Source: Sphagnum compactum (Eukaryota). From it: DNA of 64,000 nucleotides. Positions 47,341 to 61,510 of this stretch are shown piece by piece (position 1 is the first letter of the stretch; each line of letters starts with the position of its first letter). Below the pieces are notes generated by a model. It had not been told where the DNA came from and ran no database searches. It saw only the letters and a list, made by a program, of their open reading frames with translations. Made by a program: the position numbers and the translations under genes. The DNA is taken from NCBI GenBank assembly GCA_965153455.1, contig OZ234493.1:8732213-8796212 (forward strand), read 5' to 3'.

Positions 47341-50300
47341 AGGTGCAATCACAATAAAAGGAACCACTTGCGGCAAGGTCTAAGTCCTTTTCAATGACTA
47401 AATTGCACATGTGGCTTTCTTGTATTGGTTTATAATGCATTTTTAAAAATAGCTTTTCAAGTTGGATAATGGTTGGATATCAATTTTGAGGCCAAATATG
47501 ACCCAAAACATAGTAAATAAATTTTTTTTTTACATCATGTTGTACATTAGAATCAAATGTACAACTTTTCTTTTAGTCATGATGATAAATTATGAACTAT
47601 TTTAGTCATTAAGCACGTTTGAAACCATTTTAACTAGTCATGTAAAAAGCTTTCAATACAAGCATGTAAAACTATTTTTGAATGATTGGACACATGGCCC
47701 ACTTCTTGTGAAGTATATTAAAACTCATACAAAATTTGAAAGCATTTGTTGAAAGTTTGAATAACAAAAAGCACATTCATGTTTTTTGGATGTTTTTAGC
47801 ACTTGTTAACAAGTCCTTGGCATGTGTAAAAGGACCTTTATAACACAATGAAATGACTTCAAATTCATAGGATGATAACTTCATGAGTAAATGAACATAA
47901 TGAAAAAAAAGTTTATTTATATCATTTAAATGTTGTATGTGATACATTTTCAAAGTAGACAAGGTACATAAAACATTGACTTTCAACAAGTCCTTAGGCT
48001 CCTTTAATTGTGATCTCACCCAAGAGGATGACTAGAAGAAAAGGATCATAACAACCATTGCAAGGAACAAGAGTAAGAGGATGGCCAAAATAAGATCATG
48101 ACAACCATCATGACCAAAAGGATCACAACTACCATTGCTCAAAATAAGAACTAGAAGACAATTATAAAAGGAAGATCATGACAACTATCATCGTGTATAA
48201 GAGCAAGAAGATGGCTAAAAAAAGGGTGAAAGCACATTATAGTGGCCTTATATGAACATCACATTGGCATGTTTTCTTGTATCTCTTAAATATAGAAAAA
48301 CAAAATAATTACTTTTCAGTTGAAATATTTTTAAAAATAGTCGCATATGTTAAGCTAAAATAATCAATTTTTCAATAATGAAAAAACACATTGAAATCAT
48401 GGATACAAAATAAGTAATGGACTTTTGAATTTTGGCAATAATTTTCATCACACTTGTAAAATTCACAAATATGGACTTTAATTTTAAAATGTATTTGTCT
48501 CATGTATTTGAAACTTTGGGATATTGCATGATTGATATTTAAGGAATTAAAAATGCTGAATGAACAAAATATGAGTTAAATTTGTTGTGTTATGGACTTT
48601 TGAAGGTCCCAAAAATTATAATGATTTTTAGAATATTTTTCAGCATAAAATGATTTTTTTTAAACTATCTTTTTGAAAAACATTAAATGTCTTATAACAT
48701 CATGACTGGAAATTGAAAAATGAATTTTTTTTAATTTCAATAAGATCTAAATATTCATATTTTAAGTTATTTTTCAATTAAACTAGATATGGACTCTCAA
48801 AATGAACTTTGATTTGCCAAAAATAAAACACCTTGGCATGTTTCCACCCATAAGAACATGGCAGTTATTGTTAGGAACATGAATAAGAGGATGGTTAAAA
48901 GAAAATGATCACAATGACCATTGCCAATAACAAGAGGACAACCATTGTGAATAAAAGGATCGTGGTGAAAAGTGTGAACAACTAACTTGGGAAAAAAAGG
49001 TGCAACATCACAAGGAAGACGTGAATGTGTTTTTTCAAAAAACCACCAATGCAAGGAAGATGAAGAAGACTTGCAAATAAAAACCACAAAACAAGTAAAA
49101 AAATGCAAATAAAAACCTAAAAGTTTTGCATGAAAAACAATGGAGTCAAAGAAGAACATGAAGAAGAAAACCTAAACTTTAAACTATTTTCAACTTTTAA
49201 AGCCTAAAATGGAACCAGAAGTGGGTTTTCTTCAAAACCTTGACCCCATTTCAAGTTTTAGCACTCTTTAGGACCAAACCTTAGGTCTAATTCCAATTAG
49301 AATGCATATATGAAATTGCGAGGTTGGTTTCGATTTTACAACCTGGGTTCAATTCTGGTTCCAAAACTTGTGGTTGGTTTTAATTAGGTTCCTTGGAATT
49401 ATTCAACCAAAATTGGCAATTTGGAATTGTTGAAGTGAATAATTGCCCAACATTTGTGGAAACCCCTAAACAAACTTTGTAGTGAAAACCCCCAAAAAAT
49501 GCCCAAAAGTGCAAACCCTAAGAAATCCCTAAAGTGGAAAACTTTCCAAAAAATAAATAATAATTTCAATTTTTTTCACCCTTTATTTTCAACATTGGTC
49601 CCTAGTTTTGTAATTTCATCCCCATATTTGGAGACTTTAAGGATAACCAAAAATAAAGGATGAAATTGGGATTGGGTATGGGACTTGGGAAGGCTTTAAA
49701 GATAATTTTATTGTTATAAGATTTTTGGCATATTCAACAATTATTACACCATACCCAATTTAACTGACATATTTGAAATCTTATGACATTTTTTTGATAT
49801 ATTATATCCTCAAAATTAATAACTAGATTGTCACATATGACATTTCCATGTGACAACAAAATAAATTTATTGATAAAACTAGATTAAATTGTAACCAAAA
49901 AGCATTCCAAGTCTCATATTATGTATTTGATTTTTCTTGGTATCATGCCACTTGTATTTCATATTCATGTAAAAGATACTCCATTTTACAAGTTTTCAAA
50001 GCTATGGCGTTGATGCATTCTTAGTTTATTTGTTAATGTTGTTCAATTAAAGTGTACATTATTTGATCTACAACAACCCCATCTAGCATGGCACTTTAAA
50101 ATAGTTAGTTTTTACATATAAATTATATGAACAATACTTCTCACTCATAATCATATTGTTGTGGCCTTGCCAAGTTGTAAATGAAGCCTAAAATCAAAAG
50201 GGCTTGAATGATTTATAGTTCTTGAAAATGGTCCAATATACATTGAAATGCATTGTTATACATGTGTGACCATCCCAAACATTTTGCACATGTTTTGTAT

Positions 50301-50789
50301 TAAATGAAGCTACCATCGTGTAAGAAGTAGGTTTTAACATAATGCATATGTAAAATTGCAAATAGAGCCTAAGCTTTAATTTTTTTAGTTATAAGGCGGA
50401 GCACATTATAAATGATAATAATGTCTCCTTGAAATGCAAAGGCATATTTTGCTTTTAATCTTTTACATGCACATTTTTAATTTTATTTTTAAAAAAATAT
50501 TTGTCATTATGACATAATTTATTTCAAGAAAACAAAAGAAGAGTGAAATATTCATTTTGAATAGAATTTGAAACTCGATTTCTCTTATAGGTCAAATCCT
50601 TTGCTACAATCAATATGCTAAACCAAAATATCAAGGCAAGGCCCCAACTTTGAAATTGCACAATTATTCTCTTTGCAACGGAATGAAATATATTTTTCTT
50701 AAGTTGAAATCATTTATTAGAATGAAAATTTATAGAAAATGTGTTGTTTCTAAACATATTTGCATTACATGATTCACTAACAAACTAAT

Positions 50790-52769
50790 TTACAAAAATC
50801 TCATTGGTATAACAGATGAAGGTTGATTGAAGGGAGTATTTGAAGAGGCAAATATAGAAGGTGATGCTTTCAACATGTATTGAAGGATGATTTTTGCTGG
50901 TGTCATTGATGTATTTCCAATTATCCACCTATTCTTTTCAAATTTTCCTTGTGCGGTCCCTTTAGATTTGAAAAACATAAATTTCCCTTGTCCATCAGGC
51001 TTATTTTTTGGCAAATGTTCCTTCATAAATGTCACCGTTTGCAAATAACCATGTCCCCTTTGTGAATCCACCTTTTAACCAATCACCCACAAACTGGAAG
51101 AAAACCAAAAATTAAATACTTGTGAAGTAAATTCTATTACCTATGTGAACTTGAAATATTCAGATCTACATGGCCATGACATGTGAATTATTTGAAATTA
51201 TGTTTGAACATGTTGATACTTGGAAGTTGATTTTATTCATTATTATTAATTTTTTGTTCAAATGAAAAAATGTTTGGATTATGTAATTTGTATTAAGTAT
51301 TGGACATGCACATGCAACATCAAGGAATGATAATTTTGCATGTTTAAAGCCAATGATTGTTTTTCTTCATCTTGTCATATTGTGCCCTAGTTGTGATGTA
51401 AACAAAATGTTTAAATCATTTACACTAAGCATGTCTTTTTTCAACATTTTCTGTACTTTAATTTGGTGGTTGCTCAAATTACCACACAAATTAGCCAATG
51501 ACAATATTGATAACAACTTAATTTAATACTCCATTTAATTTATAATATCTAGATACATTTACATTCAAATTTTCAATTGGAAAATCAATAACTAATAGTT
51601 TGAAATCTTAAATGATTTCGAATTTATGAACATTATTTCAAGTGTGATGAATCACACATATGACAAATGTGAGCAAATTTATTTTTTAATTGGTATGATC
51701 AAACATTAATTCTTCAATGGAAATTAACTGAAAATAATTGTAAGGCATTACTTGACTTATTGGGTTTTGAAAATGGTAAGTGCCAACACCATCTTTTTTA
51801 TTATCTTTCCATTGGCCTTTATATATGTCACCATTTGGATATGTGTATTGTCCTTCTCCATGTCGTTTATCTTGGAACCATGACCCTAAAACATACCCCA
51901 ACAATTCCTTACATGATGCACCCCACCATCACATTTCCATTTCAAGAAATATATTCCATTTTGCTTTTGGTAGTGGATGAATGGAAATCACCTTGATATA
52001 TTGATTTATCAGGATAATTCATAGTCCCCATTCCACTCTTTTGGTTTTGTGAATAGTTTCCTTCATAACTTGCTCCATTTTTGAAAATGTATCTTCCTAG
52101 CCCATTTCGTTTTCCATCAAGGTAAACACCTTCAAATGTGTCACCATTAACATAGCTAGCAATTCCCGTTCCAATGGGCACAAAATCCACAATTGCACCT
52201 GACCATGAGAAAACCTAAACCCATACAAACAAAATCAACCATTGAGCATTCTTGATAAGCTTTGAAAATCATATTGGATGTCTTCCTCATAAAACCTTCC
52301 ATAATTTAAATAATTTTGCTTCTTCTTTTTGGCAAACATAATGGCCAACAAACAATAAATTGAGATATCATCCTATAATTTCAATGTTGTCTTCCTTTTT
52401 TTACATCTAAAGCTTTTGAACATTGATCCAAAATCCATGTTCCTAGATTAGGTGCAATGTTCCATCTACCCTTATTTACATCATTTTGCATCAAAAAATA
52501 TGTTTTACCAATGGACCAACTTTGGGTGTCTGTAAAAAACTTAATGTAATTTAACTTTGAGACATCAATATGCAAAAAATAGTTAATGAAATTCAATATA
52601 ATGCAATGTATGTTGCATATAAACAACTTAAATGTACTCGTATTCAATTTTTTGTTAATTTGCCTCCAAATTGATGTGACAAATATTTTAATTGATATAG
52701 CATGCCATGCAATGAGTTTAGCACCTTGTCAAGTTCCTCAAGCTCTTCTTCTTCTTCTTCATCAGACAT
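50790..52769 (-). CDS. RSPH1: MORN-repeat radial spoke head protein (RSPH1/RSP10-like); apparent +1 frameshift in the last exon
   Basis: Exons 52769-52725 (MSDEEEEEELEELDK), 52214-51992, 51885-51752 and 51093-50790, all GT-AG. Tandem MORN motifs: NGDTFEGVYLDGKRNGLGRYIFKNGASYEGNY..YPDKSIYQGSWFQDKRHGEGQYTYPNGDIYKGQW..FVGDW. An A6 run at 51004-51009 gives AKK* where AKNKPDGQG is expected. Confidence 0.8.
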
Positions 52770-53837
52770 TTTTTTATAATTATGATTAAATTAGTTGTGA
52801 GTCCTTCAAAGCTCTGTCCTCCTTATGAAATTCTAAATATTTCCAATGTGACTTGTAAAAGGATGTAAAATGGTTAAACCTTTCAAAAAGGAAAGTTTAA
52901 ATTTACAAACATTTCACACCTTAGTGCAATTTGATATGAATATGACTTTAAGCATTCTTGCACTAAGATATAAAAACATAATGCACAAAAATATGGTATT
53001 AAAAAACTATATAGAAAAAAATCACTTTGTGTCAATTGAAAGATTTTTGTTGCAGATGGAATACAACATGCAATAAACTACCTAGCATGAAAACAAGATA
53101 TCCCTAGAATAAAAATGGATCACAAAGAATGGACTTGTTTCAAAAAAGGAAATTTCAAAGAACTAATGAGCAAAATATATAAAAGATAAAGACATACAAC
53201 CTTCAAGATACACCATGAAAGAGGATGTATTAACCTTGGAGAGATTTTAAGTTAATTATGATGAGGTAATATTAGGAATAATAAACTAAGTTGATTTGTC
53301 AAATGAATGTCATCAATTTCTAATTTTAAAAATTATGAGACATTTTTCATAAATGTGCAACACAAAGCTGCCAATTTTTTGTTTTTTTTTTTTCTCAAAT
53401 ATGGATTTGAGTTTTTTTTAAAGAATCTACATAATATTCATATCCATGTTTCTAATTTTGGCACAAATCTTTTTTTGGTACATTAATAATATGTTGTTGA
53501 CATACACAAAAGGAATTTTATGAAATTAAATACCAAAAATTCAACTAGGCCATACATGTGAAGAGGTTTAGATAACCACCTAATCATAACTAGCTATGGA
53601 GGAGATAGCCACAACTTCCTCCTTGTTTCATTAGTAATTAAAATCTTAAAACTATGGTATTATGTTTTATTCACAACATCCCTTGTATTTACTTATATTT
53701 TATGTTATTATAGCTATTATAAATTTTTGTACCCTAAATTATTATATGTTATTTTACCTTAAAGTATCTTAACTAGTTTATTATAAGCTTTTAAATTATT
53801 TAAAATTAAATTATTCAACTAACTTTAGGCTATACCT

Positions 53838-53918
53838 TAGGTTTGTAGAAGATGAAAGAACATTTTCCACATTAACCTTCATGAAGTCCAAGCTTTGGAA
53901 TCGATTGGTTGGGCACCC
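53838..53918 (+). mobile_element. Short hAT-like transposase C-terminal remnant
   Basis: Reads FVEDERTFSTLTFMKSKLWNRLVGH, an 'ERxFS...R.RL' hATC-like motif. Confidence 0.55.
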
Positions 53919-54149
53919 CACCTTCCCCAGCCTTTATGAATATCTACAAAACTATTTGATGAAAACATGTATATATAAAGTATAATAATAATTAAGTGTC
54001 ATTTTGATCTTGAATGTACCACTCATCCTCCCCTTTTTGAGCTATCAATAAAGTTCAACAAAGTGAGGACCAATCCTCAAAACTAAGGTGTATGTCATAA
54101 TCATTTTTCTAATCACACGATGATCTACCTATATTATGGCTACATAGAC

Positions 54150-55230
54150 TAGGGGTTAACTATGTTAGGCCTACTTACCTTCTTACCTATGGACTACCTA
54201 CCTACCCAAGAGTTGCATACTTATTTATGGGCTCCCTATCTACTTACCTTGTCTACCTATTTGTAGCTATCTACCTACCTATCTACCTACCTATCTACCC
54301 ATGGGTTACGTATCTATCTACCTATGGGTTGTCTACCTACCTACTTACTTAGGCTATCAAAAATATATATATGGAAGGTTACATAGGACTGTCTTAAATG
54401 CTACCTATATATGGGCTATTTAGAATGTTACATAGGGCCCACCTAAAGGGGTATAAAGGGACTTCCCAAGTTGGGGATGCCTAGGGGTTATTTATGGGGT
54501 TATATAAGGGGCTATTTAAGGACTACATAGGGGGATACTTGGGGACTACCTAAGTGCTTACCTTAATTAAAGGATACCTAGGGTTTATTTAGGAAACTAC
54601 ATAGAGTTTAACTAGGAGATTAATTAGAAACTTCCTAAGTTAAAGGATACTTAAAGAATTATTTAAAAGATTGTTTAGGGACTTTTTAAGTTAAGGGATA
54701 CCTAAGGGGCTACTTATTGGGCTACATGTGGGACTATTTAATGGGATATTTAAAGGACTACAAAAGGGTTATATGTAACCCCTAAGTAGTTTTTAGGTCT
54801 CCCATAACCTAGGTCGGCCCCTAAATAACTGTTAGGTATCCTATATCTTAGGTGTCTCTTTAAGTAGTCCTTAAATAGCCCTCTTGGTAGACCTTATGTA
54901 GCCCCCTATGTAGACTTTTGATAACATGTAGGTATCCCCTTAGGTAGGTTCTATGTAACTCCTTAAATAGCCTATAGGTATCTTGTAGCATGGGTAGGTT
55001 TTTAGGTGTTTCCTTGAATTCCTTAAGTAGGCCCCTTAAGTAGTCCTTAGGTGTCCCATAACCTAGGCAAACCCTTAGGTGTTTCACAAATTAGTTCTTA
55101 GATAGGCTTTAGGTAATCACACTAAGTAACGCCTAGGTATCCTATAACTTCAGAAATCCCTAGCTAACCCCTTACGTTTTGTATAATCCCTTAAATCCCT
55201 TTTAAGTATCCCATGACATAAGTAGGCCTC
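54150..55230. repeat. Low-complexity CCTA/TAGG-rich region forming an imperfect foldback around about 54780
   Basis: Left half is rich in GGGATACCTAGGGG-type motifs; right half is rich in the complementary CCCTAAGTAG/TAGGTATCCC motifs. Confidence 0.5.
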
Positions 55231-56039
55231 TAGGTTTTAAGAAGGACCCCCAATTTTTGTTGTGAACATTTTTCAAGGGAATGGTTTGGGTTTTGGTTTT
55301 TTTATATTACAAATATGGGACTTGGTTTTGGTTCCAATTTCTAAATTAAGGGGAAGTCCATGTTTTGGGTTTTTTTATTATCTTCAACTTAAGCTGATTC
55401 CGATCCCCAATTCCATGATCTCCGGTTTTGAGTAACCTCCAATTCTACTTATAATATCCAAAACATGAAAATGGACAATGCAAAAAAAAAATCTTGAAAT
55501 TATATTCCAAAGAAAAAATATTATTATGAAGGTTTTTAATGTCAAATTATTACAAACCAACCTAATTGTAAATTTTAATCTACACTAGATGTTTCTAGAA
55601 GATTATAATTATTTTTTCAATGCCATGTGGTTTCATGTTTAGGGTTTTTGCAATTGTAATTACCACCTTGAATGGTTTTTTTGTCACCTTTGAATTCATC
55701 CCTTGAAAATCCCTAATCCTACCCTATTTCAAACCCCCAAAAAACCTTTATTTAGACCCCCAAAACCCTATTTCAAAGCCCTAGAAAACCTTATTTTAAC
55801 CCCCCAAAAAATATTTTTCAAACCCCTAGAAAGCCCTATTTTAGACCTCAAAAAATATCATTTCAAATTGCCAAAAACCTACATGAAGATGGAAAGGAAA
55901 CTCCATTGCAACAAACAACAACAAGAATTTTAACAAAACTTAAACTAATTGTATTCCGACAAAAAAGAAAGAAAATTAACACAATGGAAGAAACTAAAAA
56001 AAAATGTAGAGCCTATTACTACTTTCCTTCAATTTGAAA

Positions 56040-56690
56040 AACCCAATTTTCTTAGTCACATCCTCATAGTGCAAATATTTCAAGATTCAAAGGATGGAGA
56101 TACTAACTTTTCCTTGTCTTTTTAACAATCCCAAGCAAATGATCATGTCTAAACTTTTGTTTCAATGGAAAATCAACCAAGGATTTTGCTTTAGGACCAA
56201 CCTTCTAAAAATAGGCAATTCAACAATGATAAAGGCATAATCTCCTTGGCAATAAACAAGACAATATCCTCTTCAAATTGTTTTTGATAAAGATCTTCCT
56301 TGCTATAAGGAACCTAACTATCAAAGAAAACATAAATAATGCAAGGGTTTGGGCCACATCTCTTTTTTGCAACTTGCCTTTCTTCTTTAAGCCTAATTCT
56401 TCTCGCTCATTGCACAACCCAAAGTTGTTGATGACTAATCTCCAAATGTTTACAAAAAGAAGAAATCCCATTAATAGTCTTTTATGTTATCACACCCCTC
56501 TTTTGACTTGCAAGTCGAACAAGTAGATAACATAGAACACACTTTAATTTTTCTTGTGAGGTTGAATTTGAACTTGAACTCACCTTGGGTGAAGAAAATG
56601 CCATAGATGTATAGAAAGCCCAAGTTGTGGTAGTGCATCTTTTAACTTTCCAAAAGTCATGTTGTTTTGCCAACAAACCCATTAATCACA
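56040..56690 (-). mobile_element. Decayed hAT transposase N-terminal BED-type zinc-finger remnant
   Basis: TTTWAFY..KLKCVLCY..KRGVIT*KTINGISSFCKHLEISH, similar to the finger at 61235-61507. Confidence 0.5.
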
Positions 56691-59379
56691 CAGGTTTGTG
56701 GTTGTAGAATTTTCAATAGGTTTTGTTGATGTATGAACTATAGAAATAAAGCAAACCTAAAACATCATTTTTATTTTCAATGGATGGTCAATGAGAAACA
56801 TCACCTTTGTTGGAAGCTCCCTTAAACCTTTCATAAACCATCTTCCTGAAAGAGGTTCTTCAAAAAATCCCTAAAGGTTAGGAATTTTCCCTTAGAGTTG
56901 TTATATTAGGAACATCAAAGGAATTATTGTAGGAATAATAGGAACATCATGAGGAATAGGAAGATGATGAACAACAAAATAACTAAAAATATTTGCAAGA
57001 AAAAGAAGACCTCAACATTACCATTCCCATACAAACCATCCTCACAAAACAAAAAACAAAAAAAGTCAACAAGGAAGAGGATGAACAAGACAATGGCTAA
57101 GAATATGATGACCAACACAAGGATAATGAAAACAATAAGTTGAGTAAACAACTTATTTCACTTGTTCAAAGTTGATGCTAGGAGCTTGAAGAGGATTATG
57201 AACAAGCCCAAAAAAAAAAAAAGTTTGAAGTTCAATGATTTCTTTAATGTAAAAACCAAACACAAATTTTCTTGGAAGCAACTTGAAGCTTAAAAAATTT
57301 GGATCTTGTAGTGTGTTTTTCAAACATGAAAGCCAAACAAAAAAAGATGATGAAAAAGCTTAGCTTCCTCAAAAAATCCCTAAACCCTAAAATAAGAATT
57401 GGATTAAAAAATATATATGTTTGATTATGGTTCTCAAACAATTTTGAAATTAGACCTCATGTTTGGTTCTAGTTACTTGCAATGCCATAACCAAGGGATG
57501 GTTCAAACCTAGTTCCATAATTGGCCCCCATTATTCCATTTTGGTTCCACCTAGTTCTAGAAATGGGACTTGGTTCCAGTTCAAAATTGAACCCATATAA
57601 TTGGGTCCGCTCATGTATTTGACCAAGATTGCTACAAACCTATATATTCATTTTTAATCACATTTTTTTGTGGAATGGTTAGACAATATTTTGGTGGGCA
57701 ATGAACGAAACTTGAATTGATGTTCCTTCATGCATTTAAATTCTTCATTGTGGGAAGACTCATCTTGGTCCTCCTAGTCATAATTGGGTTAATAGGATTC
57801 CTTTTGATTGATTTCATGTTGAGTCTCATGGTCATCACAAGACCTTTTGCAATGGGTTCAAGTGGTATTTCATTGAGTTCATGTTGTTGGTTAGGTAAAG
57901 TATTCTTCACTCCAAATCTTTTAACAATGGATTAAAAAACTTAAGGCCACATATTCCTTAGTAACTCTTCATGATTAATGAAAGCTTGACAAAAATTACG
58001 AGATAATTAAATACAAGGACAAGTTTACTCCTCATTTGTCAAAGTCATGGTGACCTCAACTTGTGCAACCAAATAATAGGAGGTGGTTAGTACAATTTCA
58101 AGCTAAATGACTTCCATAAATTCACATGGATTCACAATATTCACCATGGCCAACATTTTGTAAAAGCAAATATTTTGTAGTCCATCAATAATGTGAAGAA
58201 GATTGGTTATAGACCAAACAAAAATGACAAAACAAAATAACATGGCACAATTTAGATGCACATGGTTATAATGAACTAGTTAAAACTTGTGTAAATTTTT
58301 AATTTAAAAAATTGATGCTACCCCTTTATCGCTTAACAATCCATTACGTGTTCACATACACAGATATTAACACAATTTAAGTGACTCAAAGGACTTTTGT
58401 CATTAAAGGATATCTATAACAATAAATCCAAGGATTAAAAATTATTTTGTAGTTGTTATTACAATATACACATTTTTCATCTTTGATTTTTATTCCTATT
58501 CATCATCAATTATCTTTAAAATGACACACAAATGGAAACCTAGTTCTCTTCTTATATTTTTTATATTATCATGTCTTTTTTGTACATCAATAAATTAGAC
58601 ATTACTATTAGTTTTTATAAATTTCAAACAATCAATTTTTGAAAGTGGTTTTCACAATCTAGTCATGACATTTTTCAAAATTAGAAAATATTTGTCAAAA
58701 CAACATTTTGATGACAACAAGGTGCAAACAATTTATTTTTTACATTGTCGTAATTCAACTTCACCCCTTTCAAAGACACCTTCAAATTCTTCTAATTCAT
58801 TTTTTAAATCTTCATTTGTCTGAATGAATTTTACAAAGTTAGAAAGAGATTCATGACTACATTTCATTAGGTTAGTTTTTGTTTAGAAATTGAATTCTCT
58901 AATTTTTTTGTTTGTAAATGACATCTCCTAAGATTAACAAGTATTTTGATTAAGGGAAAAATATTTTACTTGAATATGTGACCTAACAATATTTAATATC
59001 TACTAAGCAAATAAATTAACAATTAAAAATATCAATTCATGTTTTCCCACCATAGAAAAAACATTTGTTGTCTTTCACATTATCATTTAATACCATTTGA
59101 AAATCAAGAGCTCCATGTTGACAAGCTTTGTTGTTGAATCACTTGTACTTGCAATCTATTCAAATATATCCAAATTGTGGTCCTCACCAAGTCTTCGATT
59201 AACAAAACTACTTAAAATGAAAATGATGCAAATTGTTGATGACATTTCATTAGCATAGGATATAAAAATTTCCTATCATACCATTCAATAACAACACCTT
59301 GTTCCCATCTAAAGTTTGATTATATTAATCTAAGGCTTTTAAATTAGGGTTTAACCTCAAGGAAAATATGTTATGGGCA

Positions 59380-61510
59380 TTTTTCCCTTCACATTTCCTT
59401 AAAAATGAAAGGAAATAATCTAAGACAACATAAACCTTTTTTATGTTAAAAGCTAGCCAAGCGAATTCAGTAACACCTCCAAATCTTTGTCCATTAAACT
59501 ATCAAAAGTGGGCACAACTTCATTTTTTTGGTTAACTTTCAAACTCATGGATACGATAGAGTGAAATGCATCACTAAGCAATTAATGTCCACAAGACCAA
59601 TTTAGAACACAAAAATTAACAATGGAAAAAATGTAATCAATAATAATCTAAAAGATGTGCCATTTTAGAGGAGGTGGCAATTGGCCAATCACCTCATAAC
59701 AATTTGTTTATTATAATATAAAACAATAGTTTCTTGGAACTATAATGCATGTTGAGACATGATTTTTAAAAAACATGATTATTTTGTTCACAAACTTATT
59801 AATCAATGATAAACATATCAGTCCATTGTCTTGTCCTACATTATCATAAATAAAGATTTTTAAATTGAAATTTTGTTTAAAATAACAAATGCATTACCTG
59901 GTTTTCATTAAGGTATTCAATTTCCTTGGATGAATTCCAAAATCAACACAAGCCCTATTCCACTTTTGCTTTCCCTTTCCATATTTTTGGGCCATGTTAT
60001 GCGCTTTTGTAAATATTCTTATGTAGACTTGATCAAAACATAATTTTTAAAATTTTCAAACTTTTTCATTGGTTGTAGCATAGTTAAAAAATTTGGGAAA
60101 AACATGGCCAAAACATGTTTCTTGAAAACTTTCCTCCAAACTTAAACCTTCACAATTCACAACTAATCATTGCATTAAAATTATACCTTTCATTCTTCAC
60201 ATAAGTATTTTTTTTACACCACAAACTTATACATGCATCACACATGTTTTAAATGTACAACATATGTGCGCAAGAAATACAAACCCATGAAAGAACAATT
60301 TTCACACAATTTCCATTACCAAATTGTGGGATGGGAAGCTTGTGATGTAGACCATACTTCTTCAACAAAATCTATTAAACCTCGAGCTAGAACTTGTTTT
60401 GTAGTTTCAAATAGTCTAATGGTCACATGTTTTTGGCTGTTAATTCATTCTTAAAATGTTAATGACCAAAGTAAATATATCATGGGCTCCTTTTGACATC
60501 TATACATCAAAGATGACAACTGTGGAATCACATTTTGCCAAGGTTAAAGAACATATAATTGATTAATTTTATCCACCAAATTTGATAATGTTTCTTGTGA
60601 AAATTGCTTTCCCAAAAGGGAATTAATTTTTGGACATAAATGTACAACCATATATTTAAACCACACATTTTCAACAAATTGCATAGGAAAAAATTTCTTC
60701 ACAATAAAAAAACTAAGGTCTTAAAAAAATTCTTTGTGTTACACATCATCCATTTTGAAAAAATTAATAAGAATATTTCCTTGCATAAGCATAATTAGAA
60801 AATTAGTAGGTTTGAGTAATAATCCTAATGTGAACAAGCTCAAGACTTTTGGTTCTTAATAATATTACTTTTTTGGAGGAGTAAGGAAATTCCTATTTTG
60901 CAAAGTTGAATCTTTTGCTCTTTTTTAGTGGTTTCCATGTGTTTTGTGTTTCAAGTTGTTTGTCAATATATGACTTAGAGTTGAGTATAACATGAATTTT
61001 CCCATGCTGGAATGGGTAATGCTTTTGACTTCACAAAGATTTTGGATTTGATTATGTGACATGCTTGTTTGTTTAACATGAGTAGTGTGACATGTTTTGT
61101 ATTTTTGGCAACTATGGATGTAGGTGCCTAGATAGGGTACGGCATGACAAAATCATTCGCATCAAATGTTTTTGAGATAAAGCCCCTAGACACATTTGGC
61201 TTCTTTTTTGCTAGTTGTTTTTTCACATTCTTTTTCATTGAATTGTTTGCTTCCTCCTCAAACCAAAAACAACATGGTTTGCATTCACATGTTTTTTTAA
61301 TGATGTTATTCCATTTGTGTTATAATGTGAGATTAATCCCTTTCTTGCTTGTGTTTTGGGATTTAATACATTGATTGGAATGTTATAACATGAAATGCAA
61401 TGCATATTTTGTGGATCTTCAACATTAAAATTTTGATGATCATTTACACCAAAAAAAACAACATAGTGAGGTTTTGTTGTGTGGTTTCCATAATTTTCTT
61501 TGAACATGTA
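59380..61510 (-). mobile_element. Degenerate hAT (BED-finger) transposase with stops, frameshifts and insertions
   Basis: ORF 61235-61507 MHCISCY..RKGLISHYNTNGITSLKKHVNANH (BED-like). 60400-60710 reads VKKFFPMQFVENVWFKYMVVHLCPK..VIFDV*MSKGAHDIFTLVIN..QPKHVTIRLFE (first catalytic Asp region). CFGHVF (CxxH) near 60105-60120. Confidence 0.7.
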
